From Mesotaenium endlicherianum (Eukaryota), in assembly GCA_009602735.1 (NCBI GenBank), contig WELA01001939.1, positions 484,846-548,845 of the forward strand: a stretch of 64,000 bases of DNA, given 5' to 3'. The translations under genes and the position numbers were made by a program. Shown piece by piece: positions 47,255-59,153 of the stretch. Below the pieces are notes generated by a model. That model was not told where the DNA came from, did not search any database, and worked only from the letters and a program-made list of their open reading frames with translations. Position 1 is the stretch's first letter; every line of letters begins with the position of its first letter.

Positions 47255-50200
47255 TGCTGCTCCTCGCTCGTACGACTAATACTTATTTTCCGTCTGACTT
47301 TCTTCTCTTCTGCTGCCTCCTCCTCAGTTGTTGTTAGATGAATGCGTTTGTGTGTAGATGCATAGACAGGTATATATCGCACATACAGTGTACTTGTATA
47401 TGCCATGTAAATCCATAGTTCTTCTTCGGTGTTTGTACGTGCGTGTCTGATATGTAGACACACATGAACCAGTATGCAGGTTCGGTGCCTACACATCTAC
47501 AAACATGTACGCCCGTGCGCGCGCGCGCGCGTGTGCGCGTGTGCGCATGTGCTCGCACGTACGTGTGTGTCACCTTGCCTTGTCCTCACATCTGGCGCCT
47601 GCCCCGCCCAGAGCAGGCGGCGTCGAGGCCGGCACTCTCATGCGCATGCTCACGCTCACGCTCATGCTCACGCTCATGCTCACGCTCATGCCTGGCGACT
47701 CTCGGGGGCTTGGCCCTCTCCCCCTCTAGACAGACCACGCCACGCCCGGCGCACACGCGTCCACACACGCGCGCGCGTCCGTGCGCGCTCTTGTGCACGA
47801 TTTTGCCCCGCCGCGCTCGCGGCCTCGGCCCCCTGGCCCCCTCCAGGGCCATATACCTCTCAAGCACTGTAGGCGCGCGCGCGGCTCGGCCGTGCTGAGC
47901 TGAGCAGAAGAAGCGCAGGATGCGCTTGCTGCTTTGCGCTGCGGCGCTGCTGCATTCCGCGCTCTGCTTTGCATTTTGTGGGAGTTGGAGGGTGGTCTGA
48001 GCACGCGGGCGCATGTGTGCGAGCGCGTTTGTGGAATGTTTGTTTTGAGTCCTGTAGGCTGGTGGAAATAGCGCGCGCGCGCCTACCCCACGCCTTTGCC
48101 AGCGACGCCGCCATTCACCAGGTGGGACCCACACCCGTCACCTCCACCACCTCTCAGCAAGCCGTCGCAGCAAGCAGCACAGTCATCGCTCGGGTTTGGG
48201 GTTTGGGTGTCGGGTTCAAGGGGTTGGCTGGTGAAGGTGGTGATTGTTTGGAGACTTTGAGGTGCTGGGTTTGGCAACTAGAGTTTGGGGAGACTGCGTC
48301 GGGGGGCTGGAGTTTCGAGGTGCAGATTGGGGCCTATTCCTGCGGCCGTCGGGTTTTGTACTCGAGCCTTGGGTCAAATGCAGGATTGAAGGCTGTCTAG
48401 GGTTTTGGGGGCAAGGCTTCGTGGGTGAAGGTTTCAGAGCCGCTGGGGGCAGGACTGGGCGCGGGGTGTCCGGGGGTGGAGAGCTTGTGGGAGAGGCCAT
48501 GGTAGCTTCAGTCAGCCAAGCGCTTGCATTGGGCTATAGTCTCTCTAATGAACGCATGAGCGTGCACGCGCTTGCACGCGCACACACACGCACGAGAGAG
48601 CCTGGGGCGCCCCTTGGAGGCCAAGAGTACACAGGCTGTCGTAGCCCGTTCCACTCTGCTTCTTCCTGAGCGGGAACGTCAACAGCCCCCCTTCCTCTTT
48701 AGGTTCTGTTGTATTCTGCGGGCTGTGTTAATCCTCCGGGGTCCAGGACGAACTGGCTCCAATGCTGCTGCTGCTGCTGCTGCTGCTGGGGACGAGCCTT
48801 CCCTAGCGCACGTACCTGTCGTCGGTTATGTAGCACCTCCTGTTTGCAGAGAGAGGGGGAAACGGAGGCAGACGATAGGAGGGAGGACAAGAGGCAGCGA
48901 GTGACAAGTGGTGTTACCGAGAGGAGACACAGCCCCTTCTGCTTCGCGATGCCTGCAGCCTCAGAGCAGCAGCAAGAAGAGCGGGGCCGGGATCTCCTCG
49001 GAGCCGGAACTGACTCACCCTTACGCTTGAGAAAGCCCGTTTGTTCGTCCCCCCAACGCCTCCCGCTCAAGTCTCGTCCCCAGCTGCAATTTGCGGCCTC
49101 TTACTCGCGCATGTGGTTGAAGCGGCCCTCTCGTTGTTCTTCATTGTCTCCTCCTTTGGTTTTCTTCTTTTCCCCCGGCCATGTGCGCGCAGCTGACGTC
49201 AAAGGTGCTGGTTCTCAAGCCGCAGTCGGCCACTGAGCTCTTCGAGAGGTGTGGCCCTCAACTCTCTCTTTCTGTGCGTGCCTGCGTGTGTGCGTGTGTG
49301 CATGCATGCGTGTGGGTGTGTGCGAGTGTGTGTGTGCACATGGGCGCATGTGTGTGTGTGTGTGTGCGCGCGCGCGTGCATGGGTGTGGGTGTGTGCATG
49401 CGTGTGTGCGTGCAGTGTGGGTGTGTGTGTGTGTGTGCACGTACGCGTGCATGTGCGTGCATCCATGCCTGTGTGTATGGGGTGTGTGTGTCTGTTGTGT
49501 ATGAATATGCTGGCCGCACGTGTGTACATGAACGTCGCTATGGCAATACAGTCCTTGATCTGGATGGTGACTGCATGCGTGCTGACAGGTGTCCACAAGG
49601 CCCCCCTTAGCTCTGAAACTTACAGACCGGCAGGCATATGGCGCCCTGGAAGCTCAGAACCAGGTCTTGGCACATTCATGTCATCGATGTTTGTACGACC
49701 CACGCATGCATTTTCCAGCCGCACTCTTTAACACACACACACTCACACACACACACAACCACCATACACCTCAAAGACACACTCCTCCCCCGCACACGCA
49801 CACGCACACGCACACGCAGACACACAGTTTCAGGCACTTATTTTGACATGAAGCACAAGAGACTCAACACAGGCTCTATGGGCGCTGGTGCAAATTCGCT
49901 GCTCCCTCTCCCACCCCTGTCCACCCCCACGGCCCCAACCCCGCCTCCTCTCTGCCTCTCCTCCCCCCCTCCCTCCCCCCCCCCTCGTAATCCCTAGAGC
50001 CTAATAACCAAGCCCTCGGATTCTTCGCCCCCCCCCCTCTGCATCTCCTCCCCTGCCAAAATCTCTTGAGCATAGTGCAGGCTGGGGATGCTGGAGGGGC
50101 CAATCATCGAGCGCCAGGTGCGCTTGCTCATCGTCGACTCTGTGGCCGCCCTCTTCCGCAGGCACGCCTCCCCCCCATTTGCACCTAGCCCCTGTTCACA

Positions 50201-53200
50201 CCTAGCCCTGATTCACACCCGGCCCCTATTTGCACCTGCCCCCCCCCCGCCCCCCTCTCACCAGTATGACCACGCACACTGCGCAAGCGAGTCGTGTCAT
50301 TGTGCGTGCTTGCTCACGTGTGTGCCAGGCGCTCGAGCGCGCTTGCACGCTTGCGCACTTGCACGCTTGCACGCTCGAGCTTGTTTGTGCGCGCACGTGT
50401 ACGCTCATGTCTTGCCCGCTGCACCCCCAGCTCCCCTCACGCGTTGCACCAGGGAGCCAGCGCGTGCGCGTGCGCGCGCATGCCTAGCGTGCGTTAGTTG
50501 CTTCGATTCGCGCTGGCACCCACACGCCCACGCACGCACGCACGCACCCCGGTGCGCATGCGCACATGCACAAGTTCAACCACCAGCTTGCTTGTCCCGG
50601 CAGATCTTCGAGTGGGGTCCTAGCTTCTTTGCGCCGGAGCTTGTCGGGTTCTGCTTGAGGGTTTAGTGCTGGACGTATTGGAACGCTGCAATGATTGACG
50701 GCGAGATGCATCGCGACGAACACTCTTGCAGAATGCGGATGAGCCCTGAAAGCTAGGAGGTACAAGCTGGATCTTGAAAGTGATGCGTGGAGAACGTGGC
50801 GCGCGAAACCGTCGCGTCTCTAATGTCACATGGTACAGAGTGCGTACATGTATATCTGTTATGGTATGTAAATTGGATATACTGTATATATATGGTGTTT
50901 TGATTATCTGTGTATGTTATGTACGCCAGGCGTTGTGAAGTGTCTGCATGTCTACAGCTTGCCCCCTCCTCCCTCAGGCTCCCACTCCTCCTGTTCTCCT
51001 CACGCAATGCAGGTAACGATACACCCCATTGCTCCCCAGCCTCCCTCTTGCGCTTCCTCCATCTATCCACCACAAAGTCCTACCTCTACTCAAGTTGGAG
51101 TCAAAATCAAGAGAAATTAAAGTTGGTGGCTTGCAATGGGAGGGAGGGATGTAGAGTAATAAAATAAAAAAATGAAGTGATAAGAGTACCCTGCGTCAAA
51201 GTGGAAAGTGAAGCAGGTGAGCCCCTGGGTTTGGGGGGGTGCAGCGAGGGCGGGAAGGTGAGGATGATGGACCGCATGGACCTTCTCGGCCGCCAGGCGG
51301 CCCTCCTCAAGTGCGCACTCGTCGGGCCCTTCTGTGTGTCTTGCGCCGGGACATGTATTACTAACACTCTCGTTTATGTGCATAAGTATATATATGTATA
51401 TAAGTATATATATGTATCTATATATATGCATCTATAATATCTATATGTGTGCGTTCTGTTTGGGGCGGCAAGGGGGGAGGGGACCCTGTGTGTGTGTGTG
51501 TGTGTTGCGTGTGTACATGGGCGCATGCATGGCTGCGTGTGCACGTGCACGCATGAGTTTTTTTGCGTGCATGTGCCGTGTGAGTGAGCACACATGGGCG
51601 GGTGTGTGCGTGAGCACATGTTTACACGCATGTACACGTGTGTTTGTGTGTGTGCCTGTGCGAGGGTGTATGTATGTGTGTGCACTTGCGCTACATCCGA
51701 ATGCATGGCTGTCTGTGTGGAGACCTTCTTTTTCCTCCATTCGGTTTGCGGCAGGTACTTGGCGGAGACCCTGCGATTGGCTGTTGTGGTGACCAACCAG
51801 GTGATGGCACGTGGCGCGTCGTCAGTGGCGCACTCTGGGCCTGCCTTTGACTTCGGTATCGATTCCCACACCAGTCAAACCTGCTGACACCTCCATGGGC
51901 GCAAAGGCCTGGGGGGTCAAGCACGTCCGCACGATGAAGAAGTCAAAATTTCACCAACTTGTACTGGTATAGCTTCACCATTCAAGTGTCCTGCGGGTCG
52001 ATGTGTTTTTCTGGCTGCCTGGACTCGAGCCAACGCTGCCCGCCCGCACACTGCAGCAGCATGCTCACTGCTCGGGATCAGCATCAAATTGCCCTACAAG
52101 TCAATCTTTTAATTGGCTGCCTAAACTCGAGCCAGCGCTGCCCACCCGCATACCGCAGCAGCGCGCTTGCCGCTACAAGTCACTCTTTTTTTTTTGGCTA
52201 CCCCGACTTGCCTCGAGCAAGTGCTGCCCGTCAGGACGGACGCAATGTACAGCTGCTTGCGCGTGCGTGGCAGTGCGAGCGCATGCCCAACTTGCGGCGG
52301 GGCCCCCCAAGCTTCCAGCGCCGCCCCTTTCCTGCGCGAGAAAGCCCCAGCCCATGCTGCACGTTCTCTGCCCCCTTATTGGATCGCAAGTTCCGGGTTT
52401 AGAGCTCAGAGTCTTCGGCCCGACGGAGCGGGGGCCTTGGTCTCCTCGAGCCAAAAAATTGCTTCTCCAGTCGTAGTGCGCCACTTGGAGGGTTGTGACG
52501 AGCTCCCGCTGACAGAGCATTCCCGGAAAAAATAAAAAGGTAGACTGTATTAAAAAATGGCCATCACGCACCGAGCCCCTGCGGAGCTCCTTTTTCAGTT
52601 CTCAAAATGCTCGCACGAAATCATGGCTGCCGCGAGCGTGAGCGTTCGGTGAATGTCTGACTGATGTCGGCCATTGGCACGACCAGCGCTGCGTGGTGTG
52701 TACGAGCGACTGGACGGCCGAATGCGTGTTCTGTTATCTGCTTGTCCATGTGCCTGCGCCTGTGCGCCTGTGCCCCCATGCATGTGCCCAGGCTGGCGCG
52801 CACATTCCCTCAATGCCTGCAACGGCGTAAGGAGCATAGCACAAAAGTTGTTGCAAGCCATTGGATGTTTCATTGGAGCCCTCATATCGTCATTTTATAA
52901 ACAGAACTCTGCGCCCCTTTCCAACACCTGTCCTTCATGCCCCTCTCGGCAAATCGTTCACCCCTGTGCTGTGCTGCAGTGAGGGGCCAGCAAGGCGGCG
53001 GAGGAGGCGGGGGAGGGGGAGGGGGAGGCGATGCAAACGAGCCCTTCCCGGGCGGCGCCGCCGCAGCCGGGGGCTATTTGACGGCGGCTCTGGGCACGAA
53101 GTGGGCCCACAGTGTGAACATCCGCCTCGTGCTTGAAGCTCTAGAGGGTACCGCCAGCTCATCCCCTCCTAAGCCACCAAGCCCAAGACCTCACACCCCA

Positions 53201-55279
53201 AACCCGAAACCCCCTTGACCTGCACTTTGCACGACTGGAACGTAAGTCCTCTCAGCCCTGAGCAGTGAGGATTGCTCAGAGGTTGTTCCTACTCCCCAAT
53301 CGCTAAAGCCTGTACTTGCACCCTCGGCACAGCCCCCCCTCGGCTCAGCCTAGGGCCCGGCTGACCTCAGCGCAGCACTCTTGTCTCGGCGTGGCGGGGG
53401 GGAGTTTGACTTGAGCTGACTTTGTTGCTGGCCTGGAGGCTGGCTGGCGCTGCTGGCGCCCTTCTGCTTCCACTCACGCCACATGTCAAGGAAGCACACG
53501 CCACGTGTCAAGGCCCAGGTCTGAGGGGAGCCACTTTGTCAACTGTTGACTACGTGTGCCTCTGGCCCAAAGCTGGGGTCTGACCTTTCAGGTCAACCCG
53601 AGGTCAATGCAGGGCCAATGCAATGGAATACACGAGAGCTCGCACAATTGGCAGAGCTCCCTGCAGGCACAGGACCGCGGGCGCATGCGCCCTCATAGGC
53701 TAGCACAGACGCTCCATGCTCGACAGCTGGCACGTGCAGGCAGCGGCGCAATACGTGGCAGCGGCAAAGCCTATCAGAATTTGGTGGGCATCGGCGTGCA
53801 GGGTGCTCACTCAGACCGCAGAAAAGAGAGTCAATACTTTGGCGATCTCAGATGCTGCATTGCATCTGCCTCGCATCTGCCCCCCCGCCGACGCCCCAGG
53901 GCCCAGTGCATGTGTGCTGGGCTGAGGGCAGGGGCAGGGGCAGGGGCAGGGCAGGGCAGGGCAGGGCAGGGCAAGACAGGCACGGCAGGGGCTGCAGGGC
54001 TGAGGGGAGGGGGTTGAGGGGAGGGGGCAGTGGAGGTCGGCAGAGATCACATTGCCATCGCGTCGCAGCTCTGGCTCTCCGGTTGCAATCCCCCCCTCTC
54101 GCAGCACGTGCACGTCCACCTGTCTCAAGTGAGTGCTCTTTTGTGAAGGGCGTCCCTCACCACTTCCATAGCTTACTCGTGCAACACATGAAACACTGGC
54201 TGCTTCCGGACAAGTGGCAGGAGCTGCCGCAACATGACGACGGGCGTGATCGCCCTCGCACCACGAGTCATGATAGTCGGCGCTGTGGCCCGTTGCGCTT
54301 GCAGGCCAGAGGTTTCTGAAGGTAGCCAAGGCGCCCATGTCGGCAGTGCTGGCGTTCCCGTACCTCATCACTGGGGCGGGCCTCGAGCTCGCGGGAGACG
54401 AGGTCCACGAGGCCGACGACGGGGGCGCCATGAGCATTCGCAACCAAGGTCCGTTGCCTCTCTCTTGTGGAGGATTGAAGTTTGAAGCTTTCACGCCCTT
54501 GGTGAATGTGCCCCTCTGTGTGTGCGCGCGTATGTCTCTTTCTTGTGCGTGCTTGCGCGTGCCTGCATGCGTGTGTTGTGCATGTGTGCGTGCGGCATGT
54601 GTGCGTGTGCAGATGTGTATGTGTGTGTGTGTGTGTGTGTATGTGTGTGTTGTGCATGTGCTCGTGCGTGCATGTGTGCGCGTGCAGACGTGTGTGTGTG
54701 TGTACGTATGTGTGTATGTTGTTGGAGTAGTTACAAGCTTGGCTGGGAGCTTGGTCCATGTAGGGACGTTCTCGCGTGAGACATCTCTTTGTAAGTTTGT
54801 CCAACGTCAAGTGAAAGTTCACCGAACAAGGTATGGTAGCCCGTGCTGTGTCCTTGTTACACTTGAGACATCGAAGTATCAAAAATTTTATGGTCTTAAA
54901 TACTCACCATCCTTTTCCCCCCCAATGTTCTGTTGAACAACAATATTAGCTATATGAAGGGCAGTATGAAAGGCAATTACGACGGGGATGCCAACACACG
55001 ACCCATTTTTTTGTCGAAGAAGCGTACAATCAAATTTGGGCCAGCTTAACGCTTCATGAGTTGTGGCTCTAGCCTTTGTATTAATAGGCGTACAAGGTGA
55101 TGCATCCTCGCTCACGAGTTGCGGTGCCTTACAACCATGTGGTTGAGAAATTTGCACTTGGTATGTACCATCTTCAATTCCCTGATCTTGTTTGATCCCT
55201 TCATGTATGCATGTGATGGTGGTCGTTGTGCGTGCATGCAGGGAGAGTGGAAGGAGGAATGATGCTTGACGCCTCGTAG
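44939..55279 (+). CDS. RAD51B: DNA repair protein RAD51 homolog 2 (RAD51B), 12 predicted exons
   Basis: Exons 44939-45025 (MANRKL..AARNIHTAK), 45627-45740, 46193-46351 (Walker A GPAGIGKT), 47061-47164 (YIDTESKFSS), 48058-48121, 49193-49248, 50081-50161 (Walker B LLIVDS), 51245-51310, 51755-51855 (VVTNQV), 52980-53147 (ALGTKWAHSVNIRL), 54305-54448 and a tentative last exon 55242-55279. Phases are consistent and motifs match plant RAD51B as I recall it. Confidence 0.93.
47167..47262. repeat. (CTG)n repeat immediately after a RAD51B donor site
   Basis: Near-perfect GCT run. Confidence 0.92.
52013..52220. repeat. ~102-bp period imperfect tandem duplication in a RAD51B intron
   Basis: GGCTGCCT..ACTCGAGCCA.CGCTGCCC.CCCGCA.AC.GCAGCAGC at 52013 and 52115, with a partial third start near 52196. 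Confidence 0.75.
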
Positions 55280-57900
55280 GGTTGTGGATCTTTTAGCGTT
55301 AGAGTTTTGGGTTTAGGGTTAAGGGTTTAGCTCTACCTTTATGAGGTGACCATGCATAGGCGCTCCTATCATGATGCTCATTGGTGCACTCCTGAAGACG
55401 TGACACAAAGCTTTTGGATTGGGCTACTGCCCACTTTTCGCTCTGAAACTGGTCCAATCGGCAACCGCCAAACCTTGGTCGACTTTGCTCCCCTTCTTTG
55501 CCCATAGCGCCGAACAGTTTTGGGGCTGCGAGCACTGCACGCGTAGACAAAGGCTCAACTTTTGTACGGGAGAGGGTTATCTTTGCCTCTAGTGCCAACA
55601 AAACGTACGCCCTGGAATATAATGAACCCGCAGCGCCATTCAGTTGCAGCGTTCTCAGACTTGTGGAGGCATGTCCTTGTAATCCATTGATTGTACATCC
55701 TTGCTGGAAATTTAGGAGAAGTGCACGCTATTGACAAAGTAGCATTGACGATGAGGCCCACCTTCATTGTGCCACACGATGCCAACTTGGCTCACGGTCT
55801 CGTCAGTGCGAGCTGCTACTGTCAAATTATGCAAGTTCAAGCAAACCCACTTTTGCGTGCATCCGCACTGGCAATAATTGCCATAATTGTCATAAGGTCC
55901 TGCACGTGACTAGCTCCTCCTTGCGTATTTCTCGCACACGTCGCAATATTGATGTGCATTGTATGCCCAGTAAGGGATTACTTGCATATTGGTATGTGAG
56001 AGACGTACCACACCACACACTTTGACGCATGTTTTAAATCGCAACCTAAATACACAGTAAGGAATCTTTGGCGTATTGCGTATGTCAAAAATGAAGTCGT
56101 TCTTTAGTTGCTCCTTCATGTTGTAGCAATCATTCATAACCAGTCGAGCTCAAGCTTTGACATCATCTTGAAACGTATATAGTTTGCCGACTTTCTCAAG
56201 AACCTCAAAATTCCATAATAAATTGCACGCCTAAATCGTATATGTATATGTTATATGTACTTTACTAGGTTTGTATGTCATCCTTCTTTCAATATGCTAG
56301 CTGTTCCGGTTGATTATGGTGTAGCAACAAAAGAACATATATGTACATACTTTCAATAGGATGGCATGTGGACCTCATTTAAAGCCCCAATTGTCTTGCA
56401 TAAAGAGTTCGTGCGTGCCTAAGCAATAAAAGCACAAAATAATAGGAGTCTCTTAGCAGACTCTGTTGCAATGTCGTGCGTTAAGAGGTCGGGTGTGCAT
56501 CAGCACTGTTAAACAATGCGAGTCTGGTCAATAGACTTTGTTGCAATGATGTGTGTAGTACATGCAGCCTCATGGCCAAAAAAAGGGGCAATGGTTTAAA
56601 TATCTTATTTGAGAGTAGTACCAATTACAGTGAGCACCTCAAGGCTGAAAATTGGAACGAGAACTGATGAAAATCTGGCCGAAAAGATTACTAATAGCAC
56701 ACCCGTATGACCTTCTTGAGTAGTCCTTGCAAGGATAGTAACCTTGTGCCTTTGCTCACCACAATGAAGTTCTTCAAGTGACTGGGAAATTGGCCTAGAT
56801 AAGCTGGATTGCTTTTCACAAGAGTGACAAGTGTCTTGAAAACACAAGAGAGATGAAAGTGTCACCTTTACTGATAACTCCGGGACTTACGGCTTGCCAC
56901 AAAGGACTTGTAAAAGATGCCTTACTCAAGGTATCCTATGGAGTTATATATTCCAAAGAAACCGGCGGATGATGCGCGAGTGCAGTACAAGGAGTCATAA
57001 TCTAGTATCTACCTACTCACATGTACACATGTACCTAGTGAGCTAGCATTTTCATAGGCTACTCATTATTCAATCCAAATAAAACTTAGATGTAAGAATA
57101 AACCAAATGCTTGTGACTGGCTGAATCTTTCCGACCAATATGTACTAAATAAAGCCTCAAAAGTAGATTTGCAAATGTAGGAAGCTTCCTCCAACAGTCA
57201 TCAAGTTATGGGTGATTTGGCGTGCCATTACCATGGAAATGTGAGCCTTTAGTGCCAACGGAGGGTCGCAAGTTTGGGCATAAGCTAATGAAAGATTTTG
57301 GGGCCACAAGAGGCCAAAAGGGCAACCTTTGGGAGCGATGAATAATGTCATAAGGTTTCGGGTGTTCACACTTGATCGCGCTAAGCGCCAAGAGGTCTCT
57401 TTCACTGTAATGTGAATATCTCACGCAATATATATTAAAATGACGCGAAGCCCGTTGCATTGGAAAATTGGCTTGATGCACAACATTTCTAAAGAGTATC
57501 CACACATTATGAAAATGGAGATGCCTTGGTGAGCACTTAGGCAAGAGCAAGCTTTGTATTCAAGCTTTGGCAACGAGGTGTAATTACTTTGTTCGAAACT
57601 CTGCCCAAGATTGCCTTGTGAGTGTTTGTCAATTGCAAAATCTGAGTGCATGTTCTTAAATTTACTTAGTAATTTATTGTACGTTGGTTAATTAGGAGAT
57701 TTGAGTGAGAGATATGCGTGTGCGAATTGAGTTGCTTGTTGCTATTGTGAATTTTGATTTGGATTTTTGATAGCTTTTTTTGATTATTTTCTCGTGATCA
57801 ATTTCCGGCACTAAAGCTTCACCTTCAACGGCCATTTCCCACGGGCGAGAAGTGCCTCGCCGAATGAACTTAAAGAGGGAATTTGTCGGAGGAGTCATTC

Positions 57901-58400
57901 TGTAGTGAAACAGATAGATAAAGTACTTAGTGAAATATAATACTTTATCTATTCAAGACAAGGATCTTTGAACACAAGAGGTAGCTTCTTGAAAGAGAGA
58001 TGGCTTCTCGAAAGTTAATATATTTCTGGATTTTGGCAAGTACAAGAGTGATTCTCCAATGTCTTTTGTTCTAGCTCTTGTTTATATACTTGCTACATAA
58101 GTAATTCCTAGGAAGGTATATGTTGATGTGTTGGCACCCAACACATCCCAAAACTTGCCACCTCTTTCTAGAATAATGTACACATGTCCTTTTGACCTAA
58201 AAATGGCACATTTGACTTTTGCCACGTGGAGTTCTTCTAGGTCTTTCCTCTAACTTCCAAAATGCCTTAGAAGGTTCAAAGGACATGAACCAAGTCACTA
58301 GAGTACCTATTCACACTTGAATCCACACAATACTACTCCAAATATATTTGAAAACATTTAAATATATGCAAACTAATATATAATAACTCAAATCACTACA
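57901..58400 (-). repeat. 3' LTR of A2 (500 bp)
   Basis: TGTAGTGA...TCACTACA. Matches 63757-64000 and the reverse complement of 1213-1688. Confidence 0.93.
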
Positions 58401-59153
58401 TCACCCCCCCGACAGAAAAAGCGACGTCTCGGCGCGTCAAGTAAGGTCTTACACATGTGGAGCAGACTAGTCAACAGCTTCAAGTCAGATGCCACACATG
58501 TGAAGAGGATTAGTCCAAGGCGCCAAGTCAAGTGCTACACATGTAAGGTAGACTAGGCAAGGTCGTGGGTGGTGTGACCTTATTGGCTAGCCTACTCCTT
58601 GATGATAAAGAAAATTGTACAAGTTGGCCCAGAATCTGCCACAAATACAAAAATCTATAGCATCTATACAACTGCTCTAAATCTACAAATTTGAGTGCCA
58701 GACGGACCGTGTTGGACAAATCTACCGTTTCACCAAATTTGAGAGCATTCTAATTTCTGGAGTGTCGTTGAGAGCTGAGAGAGTAGGCACTACTCCAAAT
58801 CTGTGCAGAAAATTCTGAAAATGATTCGTCCTTCTATACTTCTCCAAATTCTGCAAACTAAGTCTCAAACTGGGCGCTGTAAGATGTTCTACCAGAGTCT
58901 TGAGTTTCAGAGCATTCCAAGTTCAGGGGAGGGCACAATGTCAGAAGGCATATTCTGCCCTATTAATGCCAGCAGCCTGACCCCCTTATACTTAAAGCAT
59001 CATATCTCTCTCACCAATGCTCCAAATTGAGCAAACTTGGACTCTAAATGACCGGCTACTCATGGACTACAGCCAGGTAAATTTTCAGAATTTATTATGC
59101 AGAGACCTATCACCTTCTGTCCAGAAACTGCGAGAAGAGACAAGTGTCTAATG

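Noticed and set aside
51893..52920. Possible hAT-like element in a RAD51B intron (CATGGGCGCA ... TGCGCCCCT)
   Set aside because: The TIR is short and imperfect and no properly positioned 8-bp TSD was found.
35031..54936. Numerous His/Thr-, Cys/Val- and poly-Ala/Leu ORFs in the ORF track
   Set aside because: These are translations of intronic microsatellites.
55299..55330. Telomere-like TTTAGGG units
   Set aside because: Only about four degenerate units in a 3' flank, so not a telomere or a clear fusion scar.
56600..57900. Short minus-strand ORFs that might be a decayed transposase or gene
   Set aside because: No catalytic or family motif recognised.
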